Part shown: piece after piece, positions 9,965 to 20,770 of the stretch
Layout: each line of letters begins with the position of its first letter
Numbering within the stretch: position 1 is the first letter of the stretch
Origin: Alphaproteobacteria bacterium
GTDB lineage: Bacteria; Pseudomonadota; Alphaproteobacteria; MPNO01
Assembly: GCA_965248835.1 (NCBI GenBank)
Contig: CBDFLJ010000002.1
Location: 256,001 to 320,000 of the forward strand
Direction of reading: 5' to 3'
DNA: 64,000 bases
Made by a program: the position numbers and the translations under genes
The notes under the pieces: model-generated
The model's input: only the letters and a program-made list of their open reading frames with translations
Databases searched by the model: none
What the model was told of the DNA's origin: nothing

Positions 9965-10444
9965 TTATTGCGCCGTCCGAGCGCGCATTCGGTGCAGCGC
10001 AAGCGAGGACGTCAGCACCGCGGCCGCGAACAGCACCAGCCCGGCATGGATGTCCGCGGTGGTGAACAGGCTGCCTTCCAGCGCCAACACCAGGACCGCG
10101 ACGATCAGGACATCGAGCATCGACCATTTCGAGAGCGCGGCGAGGAGCCCGAGCGCCTTGCCGAGCGCGGAATCGGCGGCGGCCGGACGGTGCCATGCCC
10201 AGAGCGCCACCGCCGTCTTGGCGACCGGCAGGACGACGGAAAAGCCGAAGATCAGCACGAACAGGCCGTAGCGGCCCTCCGACCAGAACGCCAGCACGCC
10301 GTCCAGGATCGAATAGGTCTCGCCGAACAGGGAAAACCTGGTGATCGAGACCGCGGGCATCAGCAGGCCGGCGGCCAGGAGCGGCGCCGAGATCAGCAGC
10401 AGCGCCCCGGTGGCGCGGTCGCGCCTATCCGCCGGGGTCGAAAT
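9965..10444 (-). CDS. Paraquat-inducible protein A (PqiA) domain membrane protein
   Basis: YSILDGV..FSVVLPVAK..SKWSMLDV motif; start uncertain (the first TM lies upstream of ATG10360; ATT at 10444 follows GAGG). Confidence 0.8.
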   Translation of the reverse strand: MSTPADRRDRATGALLLISAPLLAAGLLMPAVSITRFSLFGETYSILDGVLAFWSEGRYGLFVLIFGFSVVLPVAKTAVALWAWHRPAAADSALGKALGLLAALSKWSMLDVLIVAVLVLALEGSLFTTADIHAGLVLFAAAVLTSSLALHRMRARTAQ

Positions 10445-10712
10445 GGACGACCTCGGGCGCTTTGGCCAGGTAGTCGCGGAACTTGGCGCCGAAGACCTTG
10501 TAGTCCTCGGTCTCGCGGAAATTGAAGTGATCCTGGATCTGGTTCCATTCCGCGGTCAGCACGTAGGCGAGTTCAGGCTCGACGCGCTTGCCCCAGCGCA
10601 CGTTCGCAACGCCGGGCTGGCGGCGCAGGATCTGCGTGCCTTCGGTGAATCCGGCGACGAAGGCCTCTTCGTCCTCGGGCTTGACGAAAAGCGTGGCGAC
10701 CTCGATGACCAT
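10425..10712 (-). CDS. Antibiotic biosynthesis monooxygenase (ABM) family protein
   Basis: 95 aa MVIEVATLFVKPEDEEAF..EW..DH..FR..PEVVHF. Confidence 0.85.
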   Translation of the reverse strand: MVIEVATLFVKPEDEEAFVAGFTEGTQILRRQPGVANVRWGKRVEPELAYVLTAEWNQIQDHFNFRETEDYKVFGAKFRDYLAKAPEVVHFDPGG

Positions 10713-10738
10713 GATCGGTTTCCCTGGTTTCGGTATGG

Positions 10739-11767
10739 TTATGCCGCCGCGATGGCGGGGCTGGTGTCGGTCAGCGCCTCGGCGATCTGGACCGCGTTCA
10801 GCGCCGCGCCCTTGCGCAGATTGTCCGCCACCACCCAGAAGCTGAGGCCGTTGTCGACCGTCGGGTCCGCGCGCACCCGGCTGATATAGACCAAATCCTC
10901 GCCGGCGCATTCAGCGGGCGTGACGTAACCCTCGTCCGCCCTGTGGTCGACCACCGCGACGCCCGGCATGTCGGCCCAGGCTTTCCGCGCGCCGTGCTCG
11001 GACAACGGCTCGGCGAATTCCACGTTCACCGCCTCGGCATGGCCGATGAACACCGGCACCCGCACGCAGGTCGCGCTCACCTTGATGTCGGGGTCCAGGA
11101 TCTTGCGGGTCTCGACGGCCATCTTCCATTCTTCTCGGGTCGTGCCGTCGTCCATGAAGACGTCGATGTGCGGAATGACATTGAAGGCGATCTGTTTGGT
11201 GTGGTGCTCGCTGAGCATCGGCTCGTTGACGTAGATGCCGCGGGTCTGGCGGAACAACTCGTCCATGGCATCCTTGCCGGCGCCGGAGACCGACTGATAG
11301 GTCGCCACCACGACCCGATCGATCCGCGCCCGATCGTGCAGCGGCTTCAGCGCCATCACCATCTGGATGGTCGAGCAGTTGGGGTTGGCGATGATGTTGC
11401 GCTTGGTGTGCTTGGCGATGTCATGGCCGTTGACCTCGGGCACGACCAGGGGGACATCGGGGTCCATGCGGAACTGCGAGGTGTTGTCGATCACCACACA
11501 GCCGGCCTTCGCAGCGCGCGGGGCGTGGATGCCGGAGATCTTGGAGCCCGGTGAAAACAGCGCAATGTCGAAACCCGAAAAGTCGAACTTTTCCAGGTCG
11601 TGGACCGTGAGCTCGTGATCCTCGCCGAAGGAGACCTCCCTTCCCACCGAGCGTTCGGAGGCGAGTGCGACGACCTCATCGGCCGGGAAATCACGCTGGT
11701 CAAGGCATTGCAGCATCTCGCGGCCGACGGCGCCGGTCGCGCCGACCACAGCCACTCTGTACCCCAT
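10739..11767 (-). CDS. asd: Aspartate-semialdehyde dehydrogenase
   Basis: VVGATGAVG, NPNCSTIQ, YQSVSGAG, DNLRKGAALNAVQI. Confidence 0.98.
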   Translation of the reverse strand: MGYRVAVVGATGAVGREMLQCLDQRDFPADEVVALASERSVGREVSFGEDHELTVHDLEKFDFSGFDIALFSPGSKISGIHAPRAAKAGCVVIDNTSQFRMDPDVPLVVPEVNGHDIAKHTKRNIIANPNCSTIQMVMALKPLHDRARIDRVVVATYQSVSGAGKDAMDELFRQTRGIYVNEPMLSEHHTKQIAFNVIPHIDVFMDDGTTREEWKMAVETRKILDPDIKVSATCVRVPVFIGHAEAVNVEFAEPLSEHGARKAWADMPGVAVVDHRADEGYVTPAECAGEDLVYISRVRADPTVDNGLSFWVVADNLRKGAALNAVQIAEALTDTSPAIAAA

Positions 11768-11898
11768 GACGGTTGCTCCTGATCACTCACGCGCACGGCG
11801 GCACCCCCGCCGAGGCGTCGACGGCGGTGCGGCCGGTTCTGGCCTGGAGGCCGAGATCTCGAATCGTGCGCCGAAGCGCGGCCCTTTCGGGCGGTCGG

Positions 11899-12069
11899 TC
11901 AGCTTCCCGACTTGGTCCCCGGCTGGGGCGTAACCGGCTCGCTGTCCAGAGCGGTAGTGATCGGAGCCGGCTTGGTTTCGGCCATCTTGCCGAACCCGCA
12001 GGCCATGGCCGAAGTCGAAACCGCGGCGGCAAATGCGCCGACGGCGATCAGGGCGAGCACCTTTTTCAT
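11899..12069 (-). CDS. Small secreted hypothetical protein, 56 aa (not in ORF track)
   Basis: MKKVLALIAVGAFAAAVSTSAMA-CGFGKMAETKPAPITTALDSEPVTPQPGTKSGS; classic signal peptide ending AMA; SD GGAG/GAGG; downstream GCCC-GAAA-GGGC hairpin. Confidence 0.75.
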   Translation of the reverse strand: MKKVLALIAVGAFAAAVSTSAMACGFGKMAETKPAPITTALDSEPVTPQPGTKSGS

Positions 12070-12192
12070 CGATCCTCACTCCAGGGTTTGCATGCGACTG
12101 GCGCCAGTATAGCCCGGTCCGGTCAACGTCAACAACGCGAAATCGCTCGGCACGCACGGGCAGGGTTCGGACGAACCGCAGCCGGGACCGTT

Positions 12193-13305
12193 TCAGGCCG
12201 CCGCGCGGTCGAGCGCGGCGATGACGGCCTCGCCCATCTGGGCGGTGGAGGCGAGCGTCTTGCCGGGCTGCATGATGTCGCCGGTGCGAAGCGCCCCGGT
12301 CAGCGTGTGGTCGACCGCGGCCTCGAGCAGGGCTGCGTCTTCTTCCATGTCGAAGGAATAGCGCAGCATCATCGCGAAGCTCAGCAGCGTGGCCAGCGGG
12401 TTCGCCTTGCCCTGGCCGGCGATGTCCGGCGCCGAGCCGTGGATGGGCTCGTAGAGCGCGCGCCGGCGGCCGGAGGAATCGGCCGGGCCCAGCGAGGCCG
12501 ACGGCAGCATACCGAGCGAGCCGGTCAGCATCGAGGCGACGTCCGACAGCATGTCGCCGAACAGGTTATCGGTGACGATGACATCGAACTGCTTGGGTTC
12601 GCGCACGAGCTGCATGCCGCAGTTGTCGGCCAGCATGTGGGACAACGCGATGTCGGAATATTCCGCCTCGTGCAGCCGGGTGACCTCCTCGCGCCACAGC
12701 AGGCCGCTTTCCATCACGTTCGACTTCTCGACCGAGCACACCCGCCCGTCGCGTTTCCGGGCCAGATCGAAGGCGACGCGGGCGACGCGGACGATTTCCG
12801 AGCTGGTGTAGACCTGGGTGTTGACGCCGCGGCGCTCGCCGTCGGGCAGGGTCTCGATCCCGCGCGGCTCGCCGAAATAGACCCCGCCGGTCAGCTCGCG
12901 CACGAACAGGATATCGAGCCCGGCGACCAGATCGGTCTTCAGAGTCGAGGCTTCGGCCAAGGCATCGAAGACCAGCGCCGGGCGCAGGTTGGCGAACAGC
13001 TCCATATCTTTGCGCAGGCGAAGCAGGCCTGCCTCGGGCCGGATCTCGAAGGCTACCTCGGCCCATTTGGGTCCGCCGCATGCGCCCAGCAGCACCGCAT
13101 CCGCGCCCATGGCCGCTTCCAGCGTCGCCTCGGAGAGCGGCGCGCCCTCCTCATCGATCGCCGTACCGCCGACCAGGCCCTCGGCGACATCGAAGCTCAC
13201 CTGGCGGCGGCGGTCCATCCAGTCGATCACCCGGCGGACCTCGCCCATCACCTCGGGCCCGATGCCGTCGCCGGGCAGCATCAGAAGCTTCTTGTTGGCG
13301 GCCAT
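12193..13305 (-). CDS. leuB: 3-isopropylmalate dehydrogenase
   Basis: [47 protein letters not shown]. Confidence 0.98.
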   Translation of the reverse strand: MAANKKLLMLPGDGIGPEVMGEVRRVIDWMDRRRQVSFDVAEGLVGGTAIDEEGAPLSEATLEAAMGADAVLLGACGGPKWAEVAFEIRPEAGLLRLRKDMELFANLRPALVFDALAEASTLKTDLVAGLDILFVRELTGGVYFGEPRGIETLPDGERRGVNTQVYTSSEIVRVARVAFDLARKRDGRVCSVEKSNVMESGLLWREEVTRLHEAEYSDIALSHMLADNCGMQLVREPKQFDVIVTDNLFGDMLSDVASMLTGSLGMLPSASLGPADSSGRRRALYEPIHGSAPDIAGQGKANPLATLLSFAMMLRYSFDMEEDAALLEAAVDHTLTGALRTGDIMQPGKTLASTAQMGEAVIAALDRAAA

Positions 13306-13314
13306 CGGTCTTGC

Positions 13315-13920
13315 TCAGGCCCAGGGTTGGGCCGATTTGTGGCTCTCCTCGAAGGCGGCGATCCTGTCGTCCTTCTTCAGGGTCAGCCCGATGTCGTCGA
13401 GCCCGTTGAGCAGGCAATGCTTCTTGAAGGGATCGACGTCGAAGCCGATGACCTCACCGTCGGGGCGGGTGATCTCCTGTTTTTCCAGATCGATCGAGAG
13501 CCGGGCGTTCTCGCCCTTCTCGGCATCGGCCATCAGCTTGTCGACCTGCGCCTGGGGGAGTTCGATCACCAGGATGCCGTTCTTGGAACTGTTGTTGCTG
13601 AAAATGTCGGCGAAGGACGGCGCGATCACGCAGCGGATGCCGAAATCGATCATCGCCCAAGGCGCGTGCTCGCGCGAGGACCCGCAGCCGAAATTCTCGC
13701 CGGCGACCAGGATCTTGGACCCGCGGTAAGCCGGCTTGTTGAGGATGAAGTCGGGGTTTTCCGAGCCGTCCTCGGCATAGCGCAGCTCGTTGAACAGGTT
13801 CTTGCCCAGCCCGGTCCGTTTGATGGTCTTGAGGAACCGGGCCGGGATGATGCGGTCGGTATCCACGTTGACCATCGGGAAGGGTGCTGCGATTCCGGTG
13901 AGGCTGGTGAACTTCTCCAT
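13315..13920 (-). CDS. leuD: 3-isopropylmalate dehydratase small subunit
   Basis: [35 protein letters not shown]. Confidence 0.98.
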   Translation of the reverse strand: MEKFTSLTGIAAPFPMVNVDTDRIIPARFLKTIKRTGLGKNLFNELRYAEDGSENPDFILNKPAYRGSKILVAGENFGCGSSREHAPWAMIDFGIRCVIAPSFADIFSNNSSKNGILVIELPQAQVDKLMADAEKGENARLSIDLEKQEITRPDGEVIGFDVDPFKKHCLLNGLDDIGLTLKKDDRIAAFEESHKSAQPWA

Positions 13921-13934
13921 GGCGCGGTGTCTCC

Positions 13935-15341
13935 CTAAATCAGGTCGCGGTGATCGCTGAGGTGGCCGTTGACCGCCGCCGCCGCAGCCATCGCCGGGCT
14001 GACCAGATGGGTGCGCCCGCCCGGTCCCTGCCGTCCCTCGAAATTGCGGTTCGATGTCGAGGCCGAGCGCTCGCCCGGCTGCAGCATGTCGCCGTTCATC
14101 GCGATGCACATCGAACAGCCCGGCTCGCGCCAGTCGAAGCCGGCCTCCTTGAAGATCGCATCGAGGCCTTCCTCCTCGGCCTGCTCCTTGATCAGGCCGG
14201 AGCCCGGCACCACCATCGCATAGACCGAGCCGGCCACCTTACGGCCCTTGGCCACGGCGGCGGCGGCGCGCAGGTCTTCGATTCGCGAATTGGTGCACGA
14301 GCCGATGAAGACCTTGTCGACCGTGATGTCGGTCAGGCGCTGACCCGGGTTAAGGCCCATGTACTCGATCGCCCGCTCGACCGAGCGCCTGCGGTTGTCG
14401 TCCTCCAGCCCGGCCGGATCGGGCACCGAGGCCGAGATCGGCAGCACCATCTCGGGGCTGGTCCCCCAAGTGACCTGAGGCTCGATGCCCGAGACGTGCA
14501 CCGTCGCCTCCTTGTCGTAGGTCGCGCCCGGATCGGACGGCAGGGTGCGCCAATAGGCCTCGGCCTGCTCCCAGGCCGCGCCCTTGGGCGCCAAAGGCCG
14601 GCCCTTGCAGTAGTCGAAGGTCTTCTGGTCGGGTGCCACGAGCCCGGCGCGGGCGCCGCCCTCGATGGTCATGTTGCACAGCGTCATCCTGCCTTCCATC
14701 GACAGGTCCTCGACCGCCTGGCCGGCATATTCGATCACGCAGCCGGTGCCGCCGGCGGTGCCGATCATGCCGATGATCGCAAGCGCCAGATCCTTGGCCA
14801 CCACGCCCGTCGGCAGCGCGCCGTCGACGGTGATCCGCATGTTCTGCGCCGGGCGCTGGATCAGCGTCTGGGTTGCCAGCACGTGCTCGACCTCGGAGGT
14901 GCCGATGCCCATAGCCAGGCAGCCGAACGCGCCGTGGGTCGAGGTGTGGGAGTCGCCGCACACCATGGTCAGGCCCGGCAGGGTGAAGCCCTGCTCGGGG
15001 CCGATCACGTGCACGATGCCCTGGCGGACGTCCTGCAGATCGATATAGGGCAGGCCGAACGCCTCGGCGTTCTTTTTCAACAGCTCGATCTGGATGCGCG
15101 ATTCCTCGTTCTCGATCGGCAGCGAGCGGTCCGAGGTCGGCACGTTGTGGTCGGGCACGACGAGCTGCGCATCCGGCCGGCGCACGCCGCGGCCGTTCGC
15201 GCGCAGGCCGTCGAAGGCCTGTGCGCTGGTGATCTCATGGATGATCTGGCGGTCGATATAGAGCAGGCAGGTCCCATCGTCCTGCACGTCGACCAGGTGG
15301 CTTTGCCAGATCTTGTCGAACAGCGTCCTGGGTTGCGACAT
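13935..15341 (-). CDS. leuC: 3-isopropylmalate dehydratase large subunit
   Basis: [44 protein letters not shown]. Confidence 0.98.
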   Translation of the reverse strand: MSQPRTLFDKIWQSHLVDVQDDGTCLLYIDRQIIHEITSAQAFDGLRANGRGVRRPDAQLVVPDHNVPTSDRSLPIENEESRIQIELLKKNAEAFGLPYIDLQDVRQGIVHVIGPEQGFTLPGLTMVCGDSHTSTHGAFGCLAMGIGTSEVEHVLATQTLIQRPAQNMRITVDGALPTGVVAKDLALAIIGMIGTAGGTGCVIEYAGQAVEDLSMEGRMTLCNMTIEGGARAGLVAPDQKTFDYCKGRPLAPKGAAWEQAEAYWRTLPSDPGATYDKEATVHVSGIEPQVTWGTSPEMVLPISASVPDPAGLEDDNRRRSVERAIEYMGLNPGQRLTDITVDKVFIGSCTNSRIEDLRAAAAVAKGRKVAGSVYAMVVPGSGLIKEQAEEEGLDAIFKEAGFDWREPGCSMCIAMNGDMLQPGERSASTSNRNFEGRQGPGGRTHLVSPAMAAAAAVNGHLSDHRDLI

Positions 15342-15382
15342 TCCCAGCCTCCCTTGTTTCGCCCGACCGCGGCCGGCCGCAC

Positions 15383-15814
15383 CTATTCCTCGGCGGTCTG
15401 CCCGGTCTCCGCCGCCGCTTCCGCCTCGGCCTGTCTGGCGCCGCGGACCGGCCGGCGCTCGATCTTCTCCGCGATCCGCGCCTTCTTGCCGCGCCGGCTG
15501 CGCAGGTAGTAGAGCTTCGCCCGCCTGACCGCGCCGCGGCGGACGACCTCGATGCGGTCGATGCGCGGCGAATAGAGCGGGAAGACGCGCTCCACCCCCT
15601 CGCCATAGGAGATCTTGCGCACCGTGAAGGCGGAGTTGACCCCGCGGCTTGCGCGCCCGATCACCACGCCCTCATAGACCTGGATGCGCTCGCGCGTGCC
15701 CTCGACGATCTTGTAATGGACCCGTACCGTATCGCCCGGACCGAACTCGGGAATCTCGCGATCGGTGGTGAGCCTTGCGATCTGCTCGGCTTCGAGCTGC
15801 TCAATCGTGTTCAT
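15383..15814 (-). CDS. rplS: 50S ribosomal protein L19
   Basis: [28 protein letters not shown]. Confidence 0.98.
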   Translation of the reverse strand: MNTIEQLEAEQIARLTTDREIPEFGPGDTVRVHYKIVEGTRERIQVYEGVVIGRASRGVNSAFTVRKISYGEGVERVFPLYSPRIDRIEVVRRGAVRRAKLYYLRSRRGKKARIAEKIERRPVRGARQAEAEAAAETGQTAEE

Positions 15815-16547
15815 CCTCGTCGTCCTTCCTTGTACCCCGCCGGTAGCCTTCCCACAGGTCCGGCCGGCGCTCGTAGGTCAGGCGCTCGGCCTGCGCACGG
15901 CGCCACTGCCTGATGCGCTCGTGATGTCCGCTCACCAGCGCCTCCGGCACGTCCCGTCCCCGCCATGTTTGCGGGCGGGTGTAGTGCGGGTACTCGAGCA
16001 AGCCATCGGCGAAGCTCTCCTCGGCCAGCGACCGGGCGGCGCCCAGAACGCCCGGCAATAACCGGACGCAGGCATCGATCAAGGCGATCGCCGCCGGCTC
16101 TCCGCCCGACAGCACGAAATCGCCGAGACTGAGCTCCTCGATCCCGTGTGCCTCGAGCACCCGTTCGTCGACACCCTCGTAGCGGCCGCACAGCACGGCC
16201 GCTCCCGGGCCTTCAGCCAAAGCGCGGACCCGGGCCTGATCGAGCAACCGGCCGCGCGGGCTCATATAGATCACCGGCCCGTGACCGGCCGGCAAGGCCT
16301 CCAACGCGTCCCCGATCACGTCGGCCCGCATGACCATGCCCGCACCGCCACCGAAGGGGGTGTCGTCGACGGAGCGGTGTTTATCGCGCGCAAACTCCCG
16401 AATGTCCACCGTTTCGAGCGTCCAAATCCCCTCGCGGAGCGCCCGGCCGGCAAGCGAATGGCCGAGTGGGCCCGGAAACATCTCCGGGAACAGGGTCAGG
16501 ACCCGGACGGCGAATAGCGGCCGTGCCGGGTCGCGGGTCTCATTCAT
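15801..16547 (-). CDS. trmD: tRNA (guanine-N1)-methyltransferase
   Basis: [48 protein letters not shown]. Confidence 0.98.
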   Translation of the reverse strand: MNETRDPARPLFAVRVLTLFPEMFPGPLGHSLAGRALREGIWTLETVDIREFARDKHRSVDDTPFGGGAGMVMRADVIGDALEALPAGHGPVIYMSPRGRLLDQARVRALAEGPGAAVLCGRYEGVDERVLEAHGIEELSLGDFVLSGGEPAAIALIDACVRLLPGVLGAARSLAEESFADGLLEYPHYTRPQTWRGRDVPEALVSGHHERIRQWRRAQAERLTYERRPDLWEGYRRGTRKDDEDEHD

Positions 16548-17089
16548 GCGCGCGCGCCTTCGTCTTCGTCCTCATCCTCATCCGGTGGGACGACGATAAT
16601 CCGGCCCGCGGCAATCTCGATCGACGGCACGGCATCGCGGGTGAACGGGACCAGCAGGGGCACCGCGCCCGCTTCGCGCTCGATCTCCAGCACGTCGGTC
16701 GCGCCGGCCGGGACGATCCCGCTCACCCGGCCGATCACCGTGCCGTCCGCGCCGACAGCTTCGAGCCCGAGAAGATCGGCGTGGTAGAACTCGTCCTCGT
16801 CGGCCGTCGGCGGCAGCCTGGCGCGATCGACATAAAGCCGGGTGCCGCGCAGCGCCTCGGCCGCCGCGCGGTCCTCGATGCCGGAGATCCGCGCCACGAC
16901 CATGCCGCGGGCAGTGCCTTCGACAGCGATCTCGAACCGGCGCTCGCCGGGCTCGTCGTCGACCGGTCCATAGGCCGCCACGTCCTCGGGCACCGCGGTA
17001 AAGCTCTTGATCCGGACCGCGCCGCGAACGCCTTGGGCGCCGGCGATCGCGCCGAGACAGACCCGGTCGGCATCCGCGGCGCCCTCCAC
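16544..17089 (-). CDS. rimM: 16S rRNA processing protein RimM
   Basis: [30 protein letters not shown]; operon position. Confidence 0.95.
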   Translation of the reverse strand: MEGAADADRVCLGAIAGAQGVRGAVRIKSFTAVPEDVAAYGPVDDEPGERRFEIAVEGTARGMVVARISGIEDRAAAEALRGTRLYVDRARLPPTADEDEFYHADLLGLEAVGADGTVIGRVSGIVPAGATDVLEIEREAGAVPLLVPFTRDAVPSIEIAAGRIIVVPPDEDEDEDEGARA

Positions 17090-17156
17090 CGAGAGCGCGG
17101 ATACGGTAACGACGGTGCCGCCGCGGCGGCGGTTTCGCGCCCGGTCCGCCGTCGGC

Positions 17157-17513
17157 CTACTCCTCGGCCGACTTTGCGGCGGTCTCGGCGGCCTGATTCA
17201 GCCGTTCCTGCGCCTTCGCCTTGGGTTGGCTTTTCTTCGGCGTTTCGCGGATCTCGGGCATCGGGATGATGTCGGCCTGACCGAGGAACTTCGCCACCCG
17301 CTCGCTCGGCAGCGCGCCTTGCCCGAGCCAATGCCGCACCCGGTCCTCCTTGATCACCACGCGGTCGGGGTGGTCACGGGCAAGAATCGGGTTGTAGGTG
17401 CCGACGCGCTCGATGAACCGGCCATCGCGCGGGCTGCGCGAATCGGCGATGACGATTCGGTAGAACGGCCGCTTCTTGGCGCCGCCACGGGCGAGTCTGA
17501 TTCTCAATGACAT
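17157..17513 (-). CDS. rpsP: 30S ribosomal protein S16
   Basis: [31 protein letters not shown]. Confidence 0.98.
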   Translation of the reverse strand: MSLRIRLARGGAKKRPFYRIVIADSRSPRDGRFIERVGTYNPILARDHPDRVVIKEDRVRHWLGQGALPSERVAKFLGQADIIPMPEIRETPKKSQPKAKAQERLNQAAETAAKSAEE

Positions 17514-17570
17514 GTGATTGACCTCCTCGCGGCACCGACCGCCGCGTTTGCGATATCTCCGGCGGCGCGG

Positions 17571-18923
17571 CTAACGGGGCGGCATGATCTGGCCGAACCC
17601 GCCGCGCATCAGCCCCTTCTTGTCCAGCTTGCTGACCTTTTTCATCATCCGGCTCATTTCTTGGAACTGCTTCATGAGCCGGTTGACGTCCTGCACGGTG
17701 GTCCCCGACCCCGCGGCGACCCGACGCTTGCGCGAGGCCTTGATGAGCTCCGGCCGGCGCCGCTCGCGCGGCGTCATCGAGCCGATGATCGCTTCCTGGC
17801 GGACCAGCGCCTTCTCGTCGAAATTCGCCTGTGCGAGCTGGTTTTTCATCTTGGCCACGCCCGGCAGCATGCCCAGGATCCCGCCCATGCCGCCCATCTT
17901 GCGGATCTGGCGGAGCTGCTGGGCGAGGTCGTCAAGGTCGAACTGACCCTTTTGGATCTTCGCGGCCAGCCGGGCGGCCTCGTCCTCCTCGATGGTTTCC
18001 TGGGCCTTCTCGACCAGGCTCACGACATCGCCCATGCCGAGGATGCGCGAGGCGACGCGGTCGGGGTGGAAAGCCTCCAGCGCATCGAGCTTCTCGCCGG
18101 TGCCCAACAGCTTGATCGGGCAGCCGGTGACCGCGCGCATCGACAGCGCGGCGCCGCCGCGCGCATCGCCGTCGACCCGGGTGAGCACGATGCCGGTAAG
18201 CCCCACCCGGTCGTGGAAGGACGACGCCGTGGCCACCGCGTCCTGGCCGGTCATCGCATCGGCGACCAGCAAGGTCTCCTTCGGCCGGGCGGCATCGGCG
18301 ATGTCGGCGACCTCGGCCATCAGTTGGTCGTCGATCGCCAGCCGGCCGGCGGTATCCAGCACGACCACGTCGTAGCCTTCGCGCCGGGCGGTGTCGAGAG
18401 CGCGGTCGGTGATCATCCGCGGCGTCTGCAGGGGCACGATCGGCAGGGTGTCGACGCTAGCCTGGGTGCCCAGCACCGCGAGCTGTTCCTGGGCGGCCGG
18501 CCGGCGGATATCGAGCGAGGCCATGAGCACCTTCTTGCGGTGCCGTTCCTGGATCATGCGCCCCAGCTTCGCCGACGTGGTGGTCTTGCCGGAGCCCTGA
18601 AGGCCAACCATCAGGACCGCGACCGGCGGGCTCGCTCCGAGATCGATGTCGCTCGATGTCGCGCCCAACATCTCGATGAGTTGATCGTTGACGATCTTGA
18701 CGACCATCTGGCCGGGGGTGACGCTGCGCAGCACCTCCTGGCCGACGGCGCGCGCGCGCACCGCGTCGACGAAGTCCTTGACGACCGGCAGCGCTACATC
18801 GGCTTCCAGCAGCGCGATGCGGACCTCGCGCATTGCCTCGGCGATGTCGTGCTCGCTCAGCGCGCCGCGGCGCGTGAGGCGGTCAAGGACGGTGCCGAGC
18901 CTGGAGCTCAAGCCGTCGAACAT
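17571..18923 (-). CDS. ffh: Signal recognition particle protein
   Basis: GLQGSGKTT, DTAGRL, DGDARGGAALS, FHPDRVASRILGMGD, Met-rich M domain. Confidence 0.99.
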   Translation of the reverse strand: MFDGLSSRLGTVLDRLTRRGALSEHDIAEAMREVRIALLEADVALPVVKDFVDAVRARAVGQEVLRSVTPGQMVVKIVNDQLIEMLGATSSDIDLGASPPVAVLMVGLQGSGKTTTSAKLGRMIQERHRKKVLMASLDIRRPAAQEQLAVLGTQASVDTLPIVPLQTPRMITDRALDTARREGYDVVVLDTAGRLAIDDQLMAEVADIADAARPKETLLVADAMTGQDAVATASSFHDRVGLTGIVLTRVDGDARGGAALSMRAVTGCPIKLLGTGEKLDALEAFHPDRVASRILGMGDVVSLVEKAQETIEEDEAARLAAKIQKGQFDLDDLAQQLRQIRKMGGMGGILGMLPGVAKMKNQLAQANFDEKALVRQEAIIGSMTPRERRRPELIKASRKRRVAAGSGTTVQDVNRLMKQFQEMSRMMKKVSKLDKKGLMRGGFGQIMPPR

Positions 18924-18949
18924 TCTCGTTCACCGTTCCAGCCAATGCC

Positions 18950-18990
18950 GAACGCGCCAGTGCACGCTATGCGTGGACTGGCGGGCACCG
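18950..18990 (-). ncRNA. Hairpin in ffh 5' leader, probably the alphaproteobacterial ffh leader motif
   Basis: CGCCAGT(18955-61)/ACTGGCG(18977-83) outer stem with CACGC/GCGTG inner stem, about 30 nt upstream of the ffh start. Confidence 0.55.
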
Positions 18991-19156
18991 CGGGGCGCAA
19001 TCCATCGGAGTCGATCCGTGGGGAGGCGCAATCTATGGCCGGGCGGCACGGCGGTCAAGCGCCGTCGGCGGGCAGGCGGCATGCGAAACCCGTCCACGCG
19101 ACGGCTCGCGGCTGGCCGCGGCTTGACGTATGGTTGGCGCTCCCCGGGGAGAACCA

Positions 19157-19957
19157 ATGGCCGACATCGCAAAGTTCGCGGTCTTCGAGACCCCCTGCCG
19201 AATTTGGGCGGTCTCCTCGATCCACGGCGAAGCGCGCGGCCTGGCCGCGCTGCATGCGGCGCTGGAAGAGCGGATCGTCGAAGGCGACCGGCTGGTCTAT
19301 CTCGGAAACGTCCTGGGCCGCGGCGGGGCGGTGCGCACGACCGTCGACCAGGTGCTGGCGTTCCGTCGCGCGTTCCTCGCCATCCCGGGCAACGACGTGA
19401 AGGACTACGCCATCCTGCGCGGCGCCCAGGAAGAGATGTGGAACAAGCTGTTCGAGCTGCAATTCGCCGTCAACCCGAGCGACGTCCTGGAATGGATGCT
19501 CGATCACGGCGTCGGCAGCACCATCGAGGCCTATGGCGGCAACCCGCGGGAAGGGTTGGCCGCCGCACGCCAGGGCACCATGATGCTCAACCGATGGACT
19601 GCGAACCTGCGGACCGCCTTCGGCGAGGCCCCCGGTCACCGCGACTTCCTCAGCAGCCTGCGCCAGGCCGCCTATACTGATGACGGCGCACTGGTCTTCG
19701 TCAACGCCGGGCTCGATGCCGAGCGCCCGCTCGATGCTCAGAACGATGCCTTCTGGTGGGAGCAACAGAGCTTCGACCGGATCGATCGGCCCTATTTCGG
19801 CTGCCGCCAGGTGGTGCGGGGTTTCGACCCGGCGCGGCGCGGCGTCGTTCTGACCGATCATACCGCCAGCCTCGACGGCCGCGCGGGGTTTGGCGGCGCG
19901 CCGATCGCCGCCCTTGTGACGCCCGGCGAAGGGGTGACTGAGATCGTCGAAGCTTGA
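19157..19957 (+). CDS. Calcineurin-like metallophosphoesterase-fold protein with degenerate metal sites
   Basis: Motif order of PPP/ApaH family retained (SSIHG, LGNVLGRG, LRGAQE, FVNAG, VVRGFD, SLDG) but Asp/His/Asn ligands replaced. Confidence 0.8.
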   Translation: MADIAKFAVFETPCRIWAVSSIHGEARGLAALHAALEERIVEGDRLVYLGNVLGRGGAVRTTVDQVLAFRRAFLAIPGNDVKDYAILRGAQEEMWNKLFELQFAVNPSDVLEWMLDHGVGSTIEAYGGNPREGLAAARQGTMMLNRWTANLRTAFGEAPGHRDFLSSLRQAAYTDDGALVFVNAGLDAERPLDAQNDAFWWEQQSFDRIDRPYFGCRQVVRGFDPARRGVVLTDHTASLDGRAGFGGAPIAALVTPGEGVTEIVEA

Positions 19958-20041
19958 GCCCGCGCCCGGCTCGCGTGTCTCCGGGCCGCATGCTAGAACG
20001 TCTCGGTTGACGGACGACGGCCGATCGAGGGAGGGGCGAGC

Positions 20042-20758
20042 ATGAGTGATTTGATCCAGGTGATGCGCGATCTGGTGATCGGCAACCGGATCCTGGCCAA
20101 TGAGGGCGTGGTCGATGCCTACGGCCACCTGAGCGTCCGCCACCCGGACAACCCCGAACGCTACCTGATGTCTTGCTCGCGCGCGCCGGGCCTGGTCACG
20201 CTGACCGACATCATGGAGTTCACGCTCGACGGCGATGCGGTCGATCCGCGCGACCGCGCGCCCTATGCCGAGCGGTTCATCCACGGTGCGATCCTTGAGC
20301 AGCGTCCGGATGTCCATTCGGTCGTCCATAATCATTCCCACGCGGTGATCCCCTTCGGCGTCACCGGGGTCAAGCTGCGCCCGCTGGTCCATGTCGGCGC
20401 GGCGATCGGGACCGAGATCCCGGTCTGGGACATCCGCGACAAGTTCGGCCATACCAACCTCTTGGTGGTCAACATGGAACAGGGCCGGGACCTCGCCACA
20501 TGCCTGGGCGGGAACCGGGTCGCGCTGATGCGCGGGCATGGCTGTGCGGTTGCCGGCGGCAACATCAAGCAATCCGTGATGACATCGGTCTATCTGCAGG
20601 TCGCAGCGAAGCTCCAGCGGGAGACGATGGCGATGGGCGATATCGCGTTTCTGTCCGACGAAGAGATCGCGCACTGCTCGGCGACCTTTGCCGGCGAGCT
20701 GTCGGTCGCCCGGGCATGGGAGCACATGGTCGTAAGCGCCGGCATGGCCTCCTACTAG
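20042..20758 (+). CDS. Class II aldolase/adducin family protein
   Basis: GHLSVRHP, ERFIHGAI..RPDV.SVVHNHS, LMRGHG. Confidence 0.9.
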   Translation: MSDLIQVMRDLVIGNRILANEGVVDAYGHLSVRHPDNPERYLMSCSRAPGLVTLTDIMEFTLDGDAVDPRDRAPYAERFIHGAILEQRPDVHSVVHNHSHAVIPFGVTGVKLRPLVHVGAAIGTEIPVWDIRDKFGHTNLLVVNMEQGRDLATCLGGNRVALMRGHGCAVAGGNIKQSVMTSVYLQVAAKLQRETMAMGDIAFLSDEEIAHCSATFAGELSVARAWEHMVVSAGMASY

Positions 20759-20770
20759 GGGGCGCCGGCG

